Below, piece after piece: positions 23,048 through 31,444 of a stretch of 64,000 nt of DNA (its first letter is position 1; every line of letters starts with the position of its first letter). The notes under the pieces are model-generated. The model was not told the DNA's origin and did not search any database. It saw only the letters and a program-made list of their open reading frames with translations. A program made the position numbers and the translations under genes. The stretch is from Bryobacterales bacterium (GTDB lineage: Bacteria > Acidobacteriota > Terriglobia > Bryobacterales > UBA6623), in assembly GCA_965247515.1 (NCBI GenBank), contig OZ252029.1, positions 6,828,692 through 6,892,691 on the forward strand, read 5' to 3'.

Positions 23048-23967
23048 CGGCGTCGATAGCGGATCATGACTGGGCTCTTTGGCCGATTGGGATGCGGGCC
23101 CGCCAACGGCTCTGGTTCCCCATCTGCCAACTCCAGCCCGAAGCGGCTTAGTAGCGTGCCCAAGGCGAGCTTGATCTCGAGTTTGGCGAACTGCTCGCCG
23201 ATGCAGCGGCGATGACGGCCTCCGAAGCCGATCAGTGCGTAAGGTTGACGATGCTCCTCGCGGCCAGGCCCGAAGCGAGTGGGGTCAAAGCTGTCAGGGT
23301 CGCTGAAGACTTTCGGATCTCGCTGGGCGACGGCGGGCGAAATTAGCGTCTGCCAGCCCTTCTCGACGCGAAATCCGTCAATCTCGTACGGCTCGACCGT
23401 CAGGCTCCCAATCACCAGAACGGGCGGGCGCAGCCGCTCAGCCTCCAGCACTGTCCACTCGACAGCCGGAACGTTGGACATATCGTCGGCAGAGAGGCCT
23501 CGGGTTTGCTCGCGGAGTTCGCCGAGCCAGGCCTGATTCTGGAGCGCCAGCACGATCGCCCAGGACAGTTGACCCCACATCGTGGCGTGCCCGCCCCAAA
23601 TCAGCCCTAAGGCCAGGTCGCAGATGTCTTCGTCCGTGAACGCCCGCCCGTCGGGCGGCGTCGTTTCGAGCAGCGTTCGGAGGTTATTATGGGAGGCGGG
23701 CGCTCGGCCTTGACGGCGGCCCTCCAGCGCCGGCGCAATGAGCTCGTGAAGTCGGCTGCGCGCCTGAGCTTTGCTCATGCTGGGGAATAGGGCGCGAATC
23801 CTTCGCAAGATGTGGTGGGAGTCGCCTTTTGTCAGCACGCCGATCAAGGAACGGATCTCCTCCGTGTGCGGCAGCAGGTCGGCGCCGAGCAGCGTTCGGA
23901 CGCCAATCCTGAACGTCAAATTGCCGATCGCCTCAGTTAGCTCGAACTCGCCATCCGACCCCAGCAA
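23044..23967 (-). pseudogene. Cytochrome P450, lacking roughly the first 100-130 residues
   Basis: Heme-binding loop FGGRHRRCIG, K-helix ExxR (EAERLRPP) and an I-helix-like GGHATM. The ORF begins mid-protein with no P450 N-terminus upstream. Confidence 0.65.
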
Positions 23968-23975
23968 GCTGAGCC

Positions 23976-24191
23976 ATGTTTCGACTTCCTCGATGGCCGG
24001 GCGTGTTCGACTATATTCAAGGCGACGAAACGGTGTGGGAGCGCGAGCCGCTCCAGCGCCTGAGCGAAGACGGGCAACTGATGGCCTACCGCCACGAAGG
24101 GTTCTGGCAATGTATGGATACGGCTCGCGAGCGCGATGAGCTGGAGCAGCAGTGGCAGTCGGGCCGAGCGCCCTGGAAGGTGTGGGACTAA
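23976..24191 (+). pseudogene. Glucose-1-phosphate cytidylyltransferase (RfbF/DdhA-like) C-terminal fragment
   Basis: ..AYRHEGFWQCMDT.RE...L...W.SG.APWKVW matches the RfbF C-terminus. The N-terminal ~200 aa are missing. It sits head-to-head with the truncated P450. Confidence 0.6.
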
Positions 24192-24192
24192 C

Positions 24193-25254
24193 TTGACGCG
24201 CGTTCTCCTCAGCGGCAGCCAGGGGTACGTCGGCTCCGTGCTGGGTCCGGTTCTACGAGCCGCCGGCCACGAAGTCGTTGGCCTGGACTGCGACCTTTTT
24301 CGAACTTGCAGCTTCGGCGCGGAGCCGCCTCGGCCTACCCACTCGAGAAACGACATCCGCGACGTCAGGGCCGCGGACTTGGAGGGATTTACGGCCGTCA
24401 TCCACTTGGCTGGCCTGTCGAACGACCCCCTCGGCGATCTGGATTCCGAGTTGACTGCCGAGATCAACGAGAGAGCGACGGTGGCTTTGGCTCAGGCTGC
24501 GCGCGAGGCCGGCGTCGAGCGATTCCTTTTCGCCTCCTCGTGCAGCAACTACGGGGCCGCGGGCGACGAGCTGGTGGACGAGGAGTCCGCACTTCGGCCG
24601 CAAACTCCCTACGCCGTCTCAAAAGTTCGCGCCGAAGAAGCGCTCGCGCGGCTTGCCGGCCCGTCCTTCAGTCCCGTGTCACTGCGTAGCGCCACCGCCT
24701 ACGGCATGTCGCCGCGGATTCGCTTCGATTTAGTCGCCAACAATCTAACGGCCTGGGCCACCGCCACCGGGAAGGTCCGACTCAAGAGCGACGGCATGGC
24801 TTGGCGCCCGCTCGCGCACGTGGAAGACATGGCGCGCGCCTTCCTGGCCGTGCTCGAAGCCCCACGGGACGCTATCCACGCGGAGACCTTCAACGTTGGC
24901 CGAAGTGACGAGAATCTTCGCGTCCGAGATCTTGCGGGGATTGTAAACAAGGCGGTTCCGGGCTCATCGATCGAGTACGCCGAAGGGGCCGCGCGAGACG
25001 AGCGCTGCTACCGCGTGAGCTTCGACAAGATTCGTTCGCGAATCCCGGCCTTCCGGCCGCGCTGGACCGTGACGGAAGGCGTCCGCGAGCTGTACGACGG
25101 CTTGCTAGGGCGCGGGTTGACGGTCGACGACATCGAAGGACGCCGCTACAATCGCGTCAATCACGTCCGTTGGCGGATGGAGCGGGGAGACTTATCCTCG
25201 GATCTTCGATGGAAACGAACCGATGTCGGCGATCCAGTCGAAAGCGCGGCCTGA
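24193..25254 (+). CDS. NAD-dependent epimerase/dehydratase-family protein (deoxysugar pathway)
   Basis: Rossmann motif LLSGSQGYVGS. Probable TTG start overlapping the rfbF-fragment stop. Extended SDR architecture. Confidence 0.6.
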   Translation: MTRVLLSGSQGYVGSVLGPVLRAAGHEVVGLDCDLFRTCSFGAEPPRPTHSRNDIRDVRAADLEGFTAVIHLAGLSNDPLGDLDSELTAEINERATVALAQAAREAGVERFLFASSCSNYGAAGDELVDEESALRPQTPYAVSKVRAEEALARLAGPSFSPVSLRSATAYGMSPRIRFDLVANNLTAWATATGKVRLKSDGMAWRPLAHVEDMARAFLAVLEAPRDAIHAETFNVGRSDENLRVRDLAGIVNKAVPGSSIEYAEGAARDERCYRVSFDKIRSRIPAFRPRWTVTEGVRELYDGLLGRGLTVDDIEGRRYNRVNHVRWRMERGDLSSDLRWKRTDVGDPVESAA

Positions 25255-26378
25255 CTCGATTTATCGCGTCGAAGCCGCCTGCCGCTCGTGCGGAGGTCGA
25301 GGGCTGACAGCGCTGCTCTCCCTCGGGGAAACACCGCTCGCGGATCGCCTCAGGACCGCGGCCGAGCTTTCGGATCCGGAGCCGTGTGCGCCGCTCGATC
25401 TCATTCTGTGCCGCAATTGCTCGCTGGTGCGCTGCACCATTGCGGTTCGTGCGGCTTCGTGTTCAACGCGGCGTTCGACTCCGGCTTGGTTCGCTACGGA
25501 GAAGGATACGAGGAAACTCAGGGCTACTCGGCGACGTTTCGAGAGTTTGAGCGTCGACAGGCCGAGCTGCTAATCGAGCGCCACAACCTTCGTGGCAAGC
25601 GGATCATCGAGATCGGCAGCGGCAAAGGGGACTTTCTGGCGTTGCTCTGCCGGCTGGGAGAAAACGAAGGCGTCGGCTACGATCCGTCGTTTGCGCCGGC
25701 CCGGCGTCCTGCTGATTCAGCCGGCGTCCGATACCTTGCGGAAAACTTCGCCGAACACAACGCCGACGGCGACGCCGACCTGATCTACTCCAAGATGACG
25801 CTTGAGCACGTCGCGGCTCCTGGACGTCTGCTGAAAGCGATCCGCGGCGCGATTCCAGCGGGGCGGAGTCCGGCAGTCGTCATCGAAGTTCCAAACTGGG
25901 AGCGCATCGCGTCCGAATGCGCCTTCTGGGACGTCTACTACGAACACCGCTCGTATTTCAGCGCCGATTCGCTCGCAGCCGCGATGAGCGCGCCGGCGAT
26001 CACCTTCCGGCCGGAGTAGGTTTTCCACAGAAAATACGGCAATGGCGCGACGCCGTAAGGACCGCTGCCGAGAAAGGCCCAGTCGCACTATGGGGCGGCG
26101 GGTCGAAGGCGGTGTCTTTCTTGACCACGCTGGGTTTGACTCACGAGGTCGGCGCGGTGGTCGACATCAATCCTTACCGCCAAGGCGCCTATTTGGCCGG
26201 ATCCGGGCATCTGATCTTCGCCCCGGAGGCGTTGGTCGAACTGCGGCCGGCAACCGTCTTCATCATGAATCCGGTCTACGAATCAGAGATTCGCAAAAGC
26301 CTCGATGCGATGAATGTCGAGGCCGAGACGACGGCCCTGAGCCCCGATATTTACATCGAGGTTCAACCACCGACCTAA
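25223..26378 (+). CDS. Sugar C-methyltransferase (Zn-binding N-domain + class I SAM MTase + C-MT C-domain), broken into three frames
   Basis: CRSCGG...CRNCSLV zinc domain, IIEIGSGKGDFL SAM motif and a C-terminal LWGGGSKAV..VVDINPYRQG domain. Each lies in a different frame. Confidence 0.55.
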
Positions 26379-26394
26379 AGGTCGGGGCTCAGGG

Positions 26395-27524
26395 TCATTG
26401 CTGTACGACTAAAGTCACGGTTGCGTTTGGAGAGCGGCTGAGCCCGTCGCTGACCGCCCACGCGAAACTGTCCGTGCCTGTGAAGCCTTGCTCGGGCGTG
26501 TAGAGGACGTCGTTGTCGGTTCCGTCGAGCGTGCCGTGTTCTGGGGGCTTGCGGATCGTCCAGAAGTGCGGCCCGGGCCCGTCGGGATCGGTGTAGCGCA
26601 GGTTGATCAGCTCTTCGCCCCCGGCTTGGACCCTGACGCGCTGGTGTTCAACCTGCGGCCGCGCGTTCTCGCCCGAGGCGTTCGCGTAGATCACGACCGC
26701 GGCCGTATTCGACTGCCACCCGTCCCCGACGGCACGCCAGCCGAAGCGGTCCTCACCGGTGAAGCCCGTGGCGGGGGTGTAGACACGGTCGGGGCCGACG
26801 CCGCTGACGCTCCCATGACTTGGGGGATTGACGATCTCAACGTCGTAAGTCGCCGGCGGATCGGCGTCCCACAAGGCAAGCTTGATTTCGACAGCCGCTC
26901 CCCGAAGCGAGCGCGCCCGGGCCGAAGCTGCCGACGGTGGAGACGGCTTCGGATCTTGAGCGATAACGCGGACGGCCCAGTCTTGCTCATCCGGCGCCGC
27001 TAGCGCGAGCTTTTGGCCCGAGATGCTTTGTTCGTCGAGGAAGCGGCCGGCGCGAGGGTCGTACCAGGCAACGTCATAGCTTCCCTCTGGCGCGTCGAGA
27101 GCCACTGCGCCCCTGCGGGTAGATACACGCCGTAGGCCGCGCCGGGCTTGGCCAGACAGAATCCGGACCCGTCGCTCAACAGCCAGTTTGCCGGGAACAT
27201 TTCCTCAAACGGCATGGACTCGACGAATCGCCTCGCCGCGGCCAACTCTGCCCACAGCGGCTCGTGGACCGCGAAGCTGTCAGGGGCTTCCATGATCGGC
27301 TCCCACAATCCACGCGCCATATAGACCGCCCAAACGCTGCGGCGATCATCGGCCGGCCGGGCCTCATCGAAATTCACGACCAGCGGCCGCCGGCCGCGCG
27401 CCATGGAAGCTTCGGCCCAAGCGATCCCAAGCTCGTTCAGCCGCGCGGGGCTGGTCGGCCAGGTCTGGATGCTCGTCAGGTCTAGCTCGTCGGTGTCGAC
27501 ATATTTTGGGGTCGGCATGCGCAC
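26395..27524 (-). CDS. Secreted protein with Ig-like/cadherin-like repeats, DUF4038/DUF5060-like (frameshifted near 27040-27100)
   Basis: ..AYGVYLPAGAQW.. then, in another frame, ..SYDVAWYDPRAGRF.. followed by repeated VLYTPEQGFTGTDSFAW..ATVTLVV Ig-like units. Confidence 0.4.
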
Positions 27525-28284
27525 GTTGTGGATGGCGCGGGTGATCGTAGGGGTCGATCGACGCCAAGTGGATGGACGCGGTGGCGTAGGAGTAGCCGCC
27601 TCCAGGCTCGACCCAAAGCGTCTTAGTGGTCACGGCTTCGCCGCGGTTCTCCCCATCCTCGGCGCCGATTACGATCGGATCATACATGCCCTGCCAGCCG
27701 TCGGGACCGGCCGGGTGGAGGATGACCTCTCGGCCGTCGACGATGCCGGGGTTGTTGCCACGCACGCCCGCCGACATGGCCAGGAGCTGGCCGAGCTTGA
27801 TGTCTTTCATCCGAGGGTCGCGCAAGGGGAATAGCTTCTCCGGGAAGTAGTCCCGCGTGAACACCTTCTGATCCAACCCGTCGGGAAACAATTCCGGCCG
27901 CTCCGCCATGAGGATTCCGATGGCGATCGAGGTGTAGGATTTGCCGACCGAAGCGTGGTTAGGGTTGGCGTCGCGGTGCGCCCGGCCGAAATATCGCTCG
28001 TATACGAGCCGGCCGCGGCGGGCGACCAGTAGGCCGCCGTTTTTCGTCGTGGCCTTGATGAATTCGAAGGCTTTGTCGAGCTCGGCTTGGTCGACGCCGT
28101 CGACACGCAAAGCCTCGGCGGCATTGGCCGGCCCCCGCCACCCGCCTTCCCGATCGGGCGGCGGGAAGTAGTCATCTACACCGGCGCAGGACGCTAGAAG
28201 AATCAAGAAAACCAATAACGCTCGCACGATCAAAATCTGTGGCTGCTTGATTCTACCCCCAGGGCACGGCAGCAGCGCAGACAA
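27364..28284 (-). CDS. Beta-lactamase-related serine hydrolase (the 3' tail of the ORF is probably out of frame)
   Basis: Signal/TM N-terminus and the SxxK motif ASVGKSYTS. The C-terminal 60 aa are low-complexity, which suggests a frame error. Confidence 0.55.
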   Translation of the reverse strand: MSALLPCPGGRIKQPQILIVRALLVFLILLASCAGVDDYFPPPDREGGWRGPANAAEALRVDGVDQAELDKAFEFIKATTKNGGLLVARRGRLVYERYFGRAHRDANPNHASVGKSYTSIAIGILMAERPELFPDGLDQKVFTRDYFPEKLFPLRDPRMKDIKLGQLLAMSAGVRGNNPGIVDGREVILHPAGPDGWQGMYDPIVIGAEDGENRGEAVTTKTLWVEPGGGYSYATASIHLASIDPYDHPRHPQRAHADPKICRHRRARPDEHPDLADQPRAAERAWDRLGRSFHGARPAAAGREFR

Positions 28285-28444
28285 TCATAGCCACGGGGGA
28301 TTTATCCCTGGAACTCGGAAGCGCCGGCGCCTCCTCTGACACCCCTTTTCTGGACAATCCGCGCCCGTTGGGTGCGGATTGCATCGGTTCTCCACGATGC
28401 CGCCGAACGGGCCCTGTGGGGGCGAGCGGACCCCGCCGGGGTTT

Positions 28445-28535
28445 TGGAGGAGAGTGAGGGAATCGAACCCCCGCGTGCGTCTTCGGCACGTCACCGGTTT
28501 TCGAAACCGGAGCCTTCCCGCTCGGCCAACTCTCC
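28445..28535 (-). tRNA. tRNA-Ser(CGA), class II
   Basis: Hand-folded: acceptor ggagagt/actctcc, anticodon loop ttCGAaa, long variable arm, T-loop ggttcgattcc. Confidence 0.7.
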
Positions 28536-28540
28536 AAATT

Positions 28541-28631
28541 TGGCGGAAGGAGGAGGAATCGAACTTCCGTGGGTTTCTCAACCCAGCCTTGCCTTAGCAG
28601 GGCAGCGCCTTACCGCTCGGCCATCCTTCCG
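28541..28631 (-). tRNA. tRNA-Ser(GCT), class II
   Basis: Hand-folded: anticodon loop ctGCTaa, long variable arm, T-loop gttcgattcc. Confidence 0.65.
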
Positions 28632-28636
28632 TCGAG

Positions 28637-28745
28637 CTGGAGCCCCCTGGGTGGAATCGAACCAGCGGCGATCCCCAACATTCAGCACCACCGAGCAGCG
28701 AGTTTACAGCCCGCTTCCGCGCCATGCGGTACGACCCAAATCAAA
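28637..28745 (-). pseudogene. tRNA-like chimera/pseudogene: a Tyr(GTA)-like 5' half joined to an unrelated T-arm/acceptor 3' part
   Basis: 5' part folds as acceptor–D arm–anticodon arm gcggg-ctGTAaa-ctcgc. The 3' part has ttcgatt with a mismatched T-stem, and its acceptor is not complementary to the 5' end. Confidence 0.4.
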
Positions 28746-28748
28746 GCT

Positions 28749-28826
28749 TGGTACCCCGCCCAGGAGTCGAACCTGGAACAACCGGTTTCTAAGACCGGGG
28801 CGTATGCCAATTCCGCCAGCGGGGCA
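28749..28826 (-). tRNA. Class-I tRNA with anticodon UAG (a Leu codon reader on a short-variable-arm body); noncanonical
   Basis: Acceptor gccccgc/gcggggt, anticodon arm ccggt-ctTAGaa-accgg, 5-nt variable loop, T-arm ccagg-ttcgact-cctgg. Confidence 0.5.
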
Positions 28827-28833
28827 TGAGACT

Positions 28834-28910
28834 TGGTAGCCCTGGAAGGATTCGAACCTTCACTTCTCCGCTCTTGAGGCGGACGCCTCTGCCGATTGGG
28901 CTACAGGGCT
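28834..28910 (-). tRNA. Class-I tRNA with anticodon CAA (a Leu codon reader on a short-variable-arm body); noncanonical
   Basis: Acceptor agccctg/cagggct, anticodon arm tccgc-ctCAAga-gcgga, 5-nt variable loop, T-loop ttcgaat. Confidence 0.5.
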
Positions 28911-28915
28911 GATCG

Positions 28916-28991
28916 TGGTAGGCCCGGAGGGAGTTGAACCCCCAACCTCCCGGGTAAAAGCCGGTTGCTCTGCCGGTTGAGCTACGGACCT
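28916..28991 (-). tRNA. tRNA-Lys(TTT)
   Basis: Anticodon loop ctTTTac (C38 is unusual), D-stem gctc/gagc, T-loop ttcaact. Confidence 0.6.
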
Positions 28992-28998
28992 ACGAAAC

Positions 28999-29072
28999 TG
29001 GTGGACCCGGCGAGACTCGCACTCGCATTCTCCCGCTTGCAAGGCGGGGGCTCTGCATTGAGCTACAGGCCC
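28999..29072 (-). tRNA. tRNA-Ala(TGC) with an atypical T-loop TGCGAGT
   Basis: G3·U70 pair present (gggcctg/cgggtcc), anticodon loop ctTGCaa. The T-loop lacks the canonical TTC. Confidence 0.55.
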
Positions 29073-29073
29073 G

Positions 29074-29148
29074 TGGTGGGTTCGGAAGGATTCGCACCCT
29101 CATCGTGATGATTAAGAATCACCTATTCTGCTGTTGAACTACGAACCC
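29074..29148 (-). tRNA. tRNA-Lys(CTT) with T-loop TGCGAAT
   Basis: Acceptor gggttcg/cgaaccc, anticodon loop ttCTTaa. Confidence 0.6.
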
Positions 29149-29158
29149 AGGTTGAAAT

Positions 29159-29236
29159 TGGTCAGGGCGGTTGGATTTGAACCAACGGCATCCCGCGTCC
29201 GAGGCGGGAACTCTGGCCGGACTGAGCTACACCCTG
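29159..29236 (-). tRNA. tRNA-Pro(CGG)
   Basis: C1-G72, anticodon arm cccgc-ctCGGac-gcggg, T-arm gttgg-ttcaaat-ccaac. Confidence 0.65.
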
Positions 29237-29242
29237 AAAATA

Positions 29243-29317
29243 TGGAGAGTCCTGCGGGATTCGAACCCGCACCCTTTGGTTGGAAGCCAAACATGCTGCC
29301 GTTAACACCAAGGACTC
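29243..29317 (-). tRNA. tRNA-Gly(TCC)
   Basis: Acceptor gagtcct/aggactc, anticodon arm tttgg-ctTCCaa-ccaaa, T-arm gcggg-ttcgaat-cccgc. Confidence 0.65.
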
Positions 29318-29324
29318 TCAGAAC

Positions 29325-29401
29325 TGGCGGACCGTATGGGATTCGAACCCATGACCTCTCGGCTGACAACCGAGCGCGCCACCGGACTGCGCCAACGGTC
29401 C
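29325..29401 (-). tRNA. tRNA-Asp(GTC)
   Basis: Acceptor ggaccgt/acggtcc, discriminator G, anticodon arm ctcgg-ttGTCag-ccgag. Confidence 0.7.
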
Positions 29402-29410
29402 GCTTAAACT

Positions 29411-29450
29411 TTGGATCGGAGACCTGGAATCGAACCAGGATCTGGCGTAC
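29411..29450 (-). pseudogene. tRNA 3' fragment (T-arm + acceptor 3' strand + CCA) with no matching 5' half; it abuts the REP/MITE
   Basis: cctgg-ttcgatt-ccagg tctccga t cca; no complementary tcggaga upstream. Confidence 0.45.
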
Positions 29451-29467
29451 TGGAGCCGCGACCGTGA

Positions 29468-29617
29468 GGGGCTGTGAAAAAATGTCGGGGATCCACTTCC
29501 GGCAAGACGGGCTTGGCATGCCAAGCCCCTACGTCGTTGAAAACAAACGATCGTCCGTAGGGGCGAGGCATGCCTCGACCGTCTTTCGCGCTCAACGGGT
29601 GATTTTTTCACAGCCCC
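29468..29617. mobile_element. 150-bp MITE carrying the IS5-like terminal repeats (GGGGCTGTGAAAAAAT ... ATTTTTTCACAGCCCC). Flanked by a TGA duplication and inserted into one arm of a REP palindrome.
   Basis: Ends match the IS5-like element ends at 15206-15217 and 46880-46895. Both flanks read tga. Removing it restores a 27-bp-arm REP (ggagccgcgaccgtgagggagcggttg / caaccgctccctcacggtcgcggctcc). Confidence 0.75.
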
Positions 29618-29620
29618 TGA

Positions 29621-29689
29621 GGGAGCGGTTGCTGGGATCGTTGACGGCCTACCTTTGACAACCGCTCCCTCACGGTCGCGGCTCCAGTC
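29621..29689. repeat. REP-like palindrome (right arm and loop), the target of the MITE
   Basis: gagggagcggttg ... caaccgctccctcacggtcgcggctcc. Confidence 0.7.
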
Positions 29690-29690
29690 T

Positions 29691-29766
29691 TGGCCGGCAG
29701 GGGAGGACTCGAACCTCCATCCCCCTGACTAACAATCAGGCGCCTTGCCGATTAGACCACCCGCCG
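29691..29766 (-). tRNA. tRNA-Asn(GTT) (loop ttGTTag)
   Basis: Anticodon arm cctga-ttGTTag-tcagg, T-arm ggagg-ttcgagt-cctcc, discriminator G. Confidence 0.55.
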
Positions 29767-29773
29767 GCAAACT

Positions 29774-29851
29774 TGGCGGCCGCGGCTGGAATCGAACCAG
29801 CACTGGCTCCGGGCTTCAACCGGACGCTCTACCGCTTGGAGCTACACGGCC
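29774..29851 (-). tRNA. tRNA-Phe(GAA) (G37 in loop ttGAAgc)
   Basis: Acceptor ggccgtg/cgcggcc, D-arm gctc-caagcggta-gagc, T-arm gctgg-ttcgatt-ccagc. Confidence 0.65.
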
Positions 29852-29860
29852 GCGACAAAC

Positions 29861-29936
29861 TGGAACCGGAGGCAGGAATTGCACCCGCATCACTCAAGTT
29901 CGAAGCCCAGGGCCCTATCTGTTGGACGACTCCGGC
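29861..29936 (-). tRNA. tRNA-Arg(TCG)-like with a weak anticodon stem (1 Watson-Crick + 3 G·U + 1 mismatch) and T-loop TGCAATT; possibly a pseudogene
   Basis: All other arms fold canonically. The anticodon loop is ctTCGaa. Confidence 0.4.
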
Positions 29937-29954
29937 ATGACAAGTGAAAGGTGT

Positions 29955-30028
29955 TGGTTGCGGGAGGCGGAATCGAACCGCCCTTGCTGGCTTATGAGAC
30001 CAGACTGGAGCCACTCCAGCTATCCCGC
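29955..30028 (-). tRNA. tRNA-Met(CAT), elongator or Ile2-type (G1-C72)
   Basis: Acceptor gcgggat/tcccgca, anticodon arm ctggt-ctCATaa-gccag, T-arm ggcgg-ttcgatt-ccgcc. Confidence 0.65.
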
Positions 30029-30081
30029 AACAACTGCGTACGCATATTCAGTTGTCAAGGAGCAATGGCACGGACCGTGCC

Positions 30082-30157
30082 TGGCACAGGGTGGAGGCCT
30101 CGAACCCCCACTTGCGGGTTTGGAATCCGCCGTGCTGCCCGCTTACACCAACCCTGC
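30082..30157 (-). tRNA. tRNA-Trp(CCA)
   Basis: Anticodon loop ttCCAaa, discriminator G, T-loop ttcgagg. Confidence 0.5.
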
Positions 30158-30493
30158 GCGGACCACCGCCTCAACCCAGGCGGGCGCAAGGCCCCCTCAG
30201 ATCGAAAGCAAGTTCTTCTTTTTAGGCGAGTTGTTACCGGCTCAGGGATCTGAGCCAGGGATCCTCGAAGCGCATGAGGATCGAGCCGTTGTGTTCGCCT
30301 GATTTCGTTGGCATCTTTTGCTCTTTCCTCCTTTTGGTTCGAGAAGTTGTAAGCACCACTGAGTAGAGGGTAACGCTAGTTTGGGGAGCTGTCAAGAAAA
30401 AAACGTCGATTTGTCAGCACCAGGTAGAAATGCCCCGCCGAGGCCTCTTTTCCAATCCAATAGAGGACGGTGATCGGGTGAAACAGGCGTAGA

Positions 30494-31060
30494 ATGAGGG
30501 CCATGAGCGCGACCACAACACTGCTGAGCGTCGAAGAGTACGCCGAGCTTCCCGACGAGGAGTGGCGCAAATGGGAGCTCAGCGACGGCGAGCTGGTTCC
30601 GCGATACGGAGACGAGATGGGGGCCAGAGTCAATCACAACGATGTACGCGGCGTGGCTGAGTATCGCCTGCGTCACTACTTCCTCCAGAACAAGCTCGGC
30701 CGGGTATTGGCCGAGCAGGACTTCCGCCTCGCCGAAGGCGTCGTCCGTCGACCCGACGTGGCCGTCATCTTGAAAGCAAACTCTCACATCCTCGACGACA
30801 ACCCGCCGATCGTACCGGGCTGTCCCGACATCGCGATCGAAGTCGTCTCGCCCAGCAACCGCACCGAGGATACCGAACGCAAGATTGGGCAGCTGCTCTC
30901 GGCGGGCGCAGCGGAAGTGTGGTTGCTGTATTTGGCGCTGCGCAAGGCCGTGGTTCGAACCAAAGACGGTCTGCGAGAAGTGAGCGAGCAGGGCGCTCTC
31001 GAAGCCCCGGATCTGCTACCGGGCTTCCGGTTGCCTTTGGCGGAACCGTTTGACGAGTGA
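30494..31060 (+). CDS. Uma2-family (DUF820) PD-(D/E)xK endonuclease
   Basis: LSVEEYAELPDEE..WELSDGEL..PDIAIEVVSPSN..D is the typical Uma2 signature. Confidence 0.7.
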   Translation: MRAMSATTTLLSVEEYAELPDEEWRKWELSDGELVPRYGDEMGARVNHNDVRGVAEYRLRHYFLQNKLGRVLAEQDFRLAEGVVRRPDVAVILKANSHILDDNPPIVPGCPDIAIEVVSPSNRTEDTERKIGQLLSAGAAEVWLLYLALRKAVVRTKDGLREVSEQGALEAPDLLPGFRLPLAEPFDE

Positions 31061-31119
31061 CCAGGGGCCGGCGAACCGCCGACCTTCGCTGGGTTGTCGG
31101 GCCGCTTTGGCTGCGCGTT

Positions 31120-31273
31120 CCACGCTTCGAAGCCCGTCCAGGAACTCGCCAAGCCCGGGTCGTCGATAGACAAAGTATCCATGGCAGAGGAAGTCGCATG
31201 GACAGTCGAGCACCTTGGAGGACGCATGGACAAGCGTCTCGTCGAGATCAAGAATCACCAGGAGGCGCTTCAA
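31120..31273 (-). pseudogene. NIF/FCP1-like HAD phosphatase N-terminal fragment (about 50 aa)
   Basis: LVILDLDETLVHAS...DF......V..RPGLGEFL is the NIF signature. It then diverges and is overlapped by the Uma2 3' end. Confidence 0.45.
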
Positions 31274-31444
31274 GACTTGCCGGGAGCTGCCCGGAACATC
31301 TGAACAAACGAGTCAAGTTTCGCGCGATGCCTCGTCGGTTTGAGGGCGCAGCCTTCACTCGGAACTCATCATCCACCATACTCGGCATGCGCATCGTGGG
31401 CCGGCGCGCGATTACGCCGGCCCCCTCCGCCGATCCGTCCTCCA

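Noticed and set aside
28637-28745. Possibility that the odd array unit is tRNA-Sec (which would support the selenoprotein candidate)
   Set aside because: No UCA anticodon can be placed in any loop. The 8-nt acceptor 3' strand has no complementary 5' strand. The 5' half folds better as a Tyr(GUA)-like fragment. It is treated as a chimeric pseudogene.
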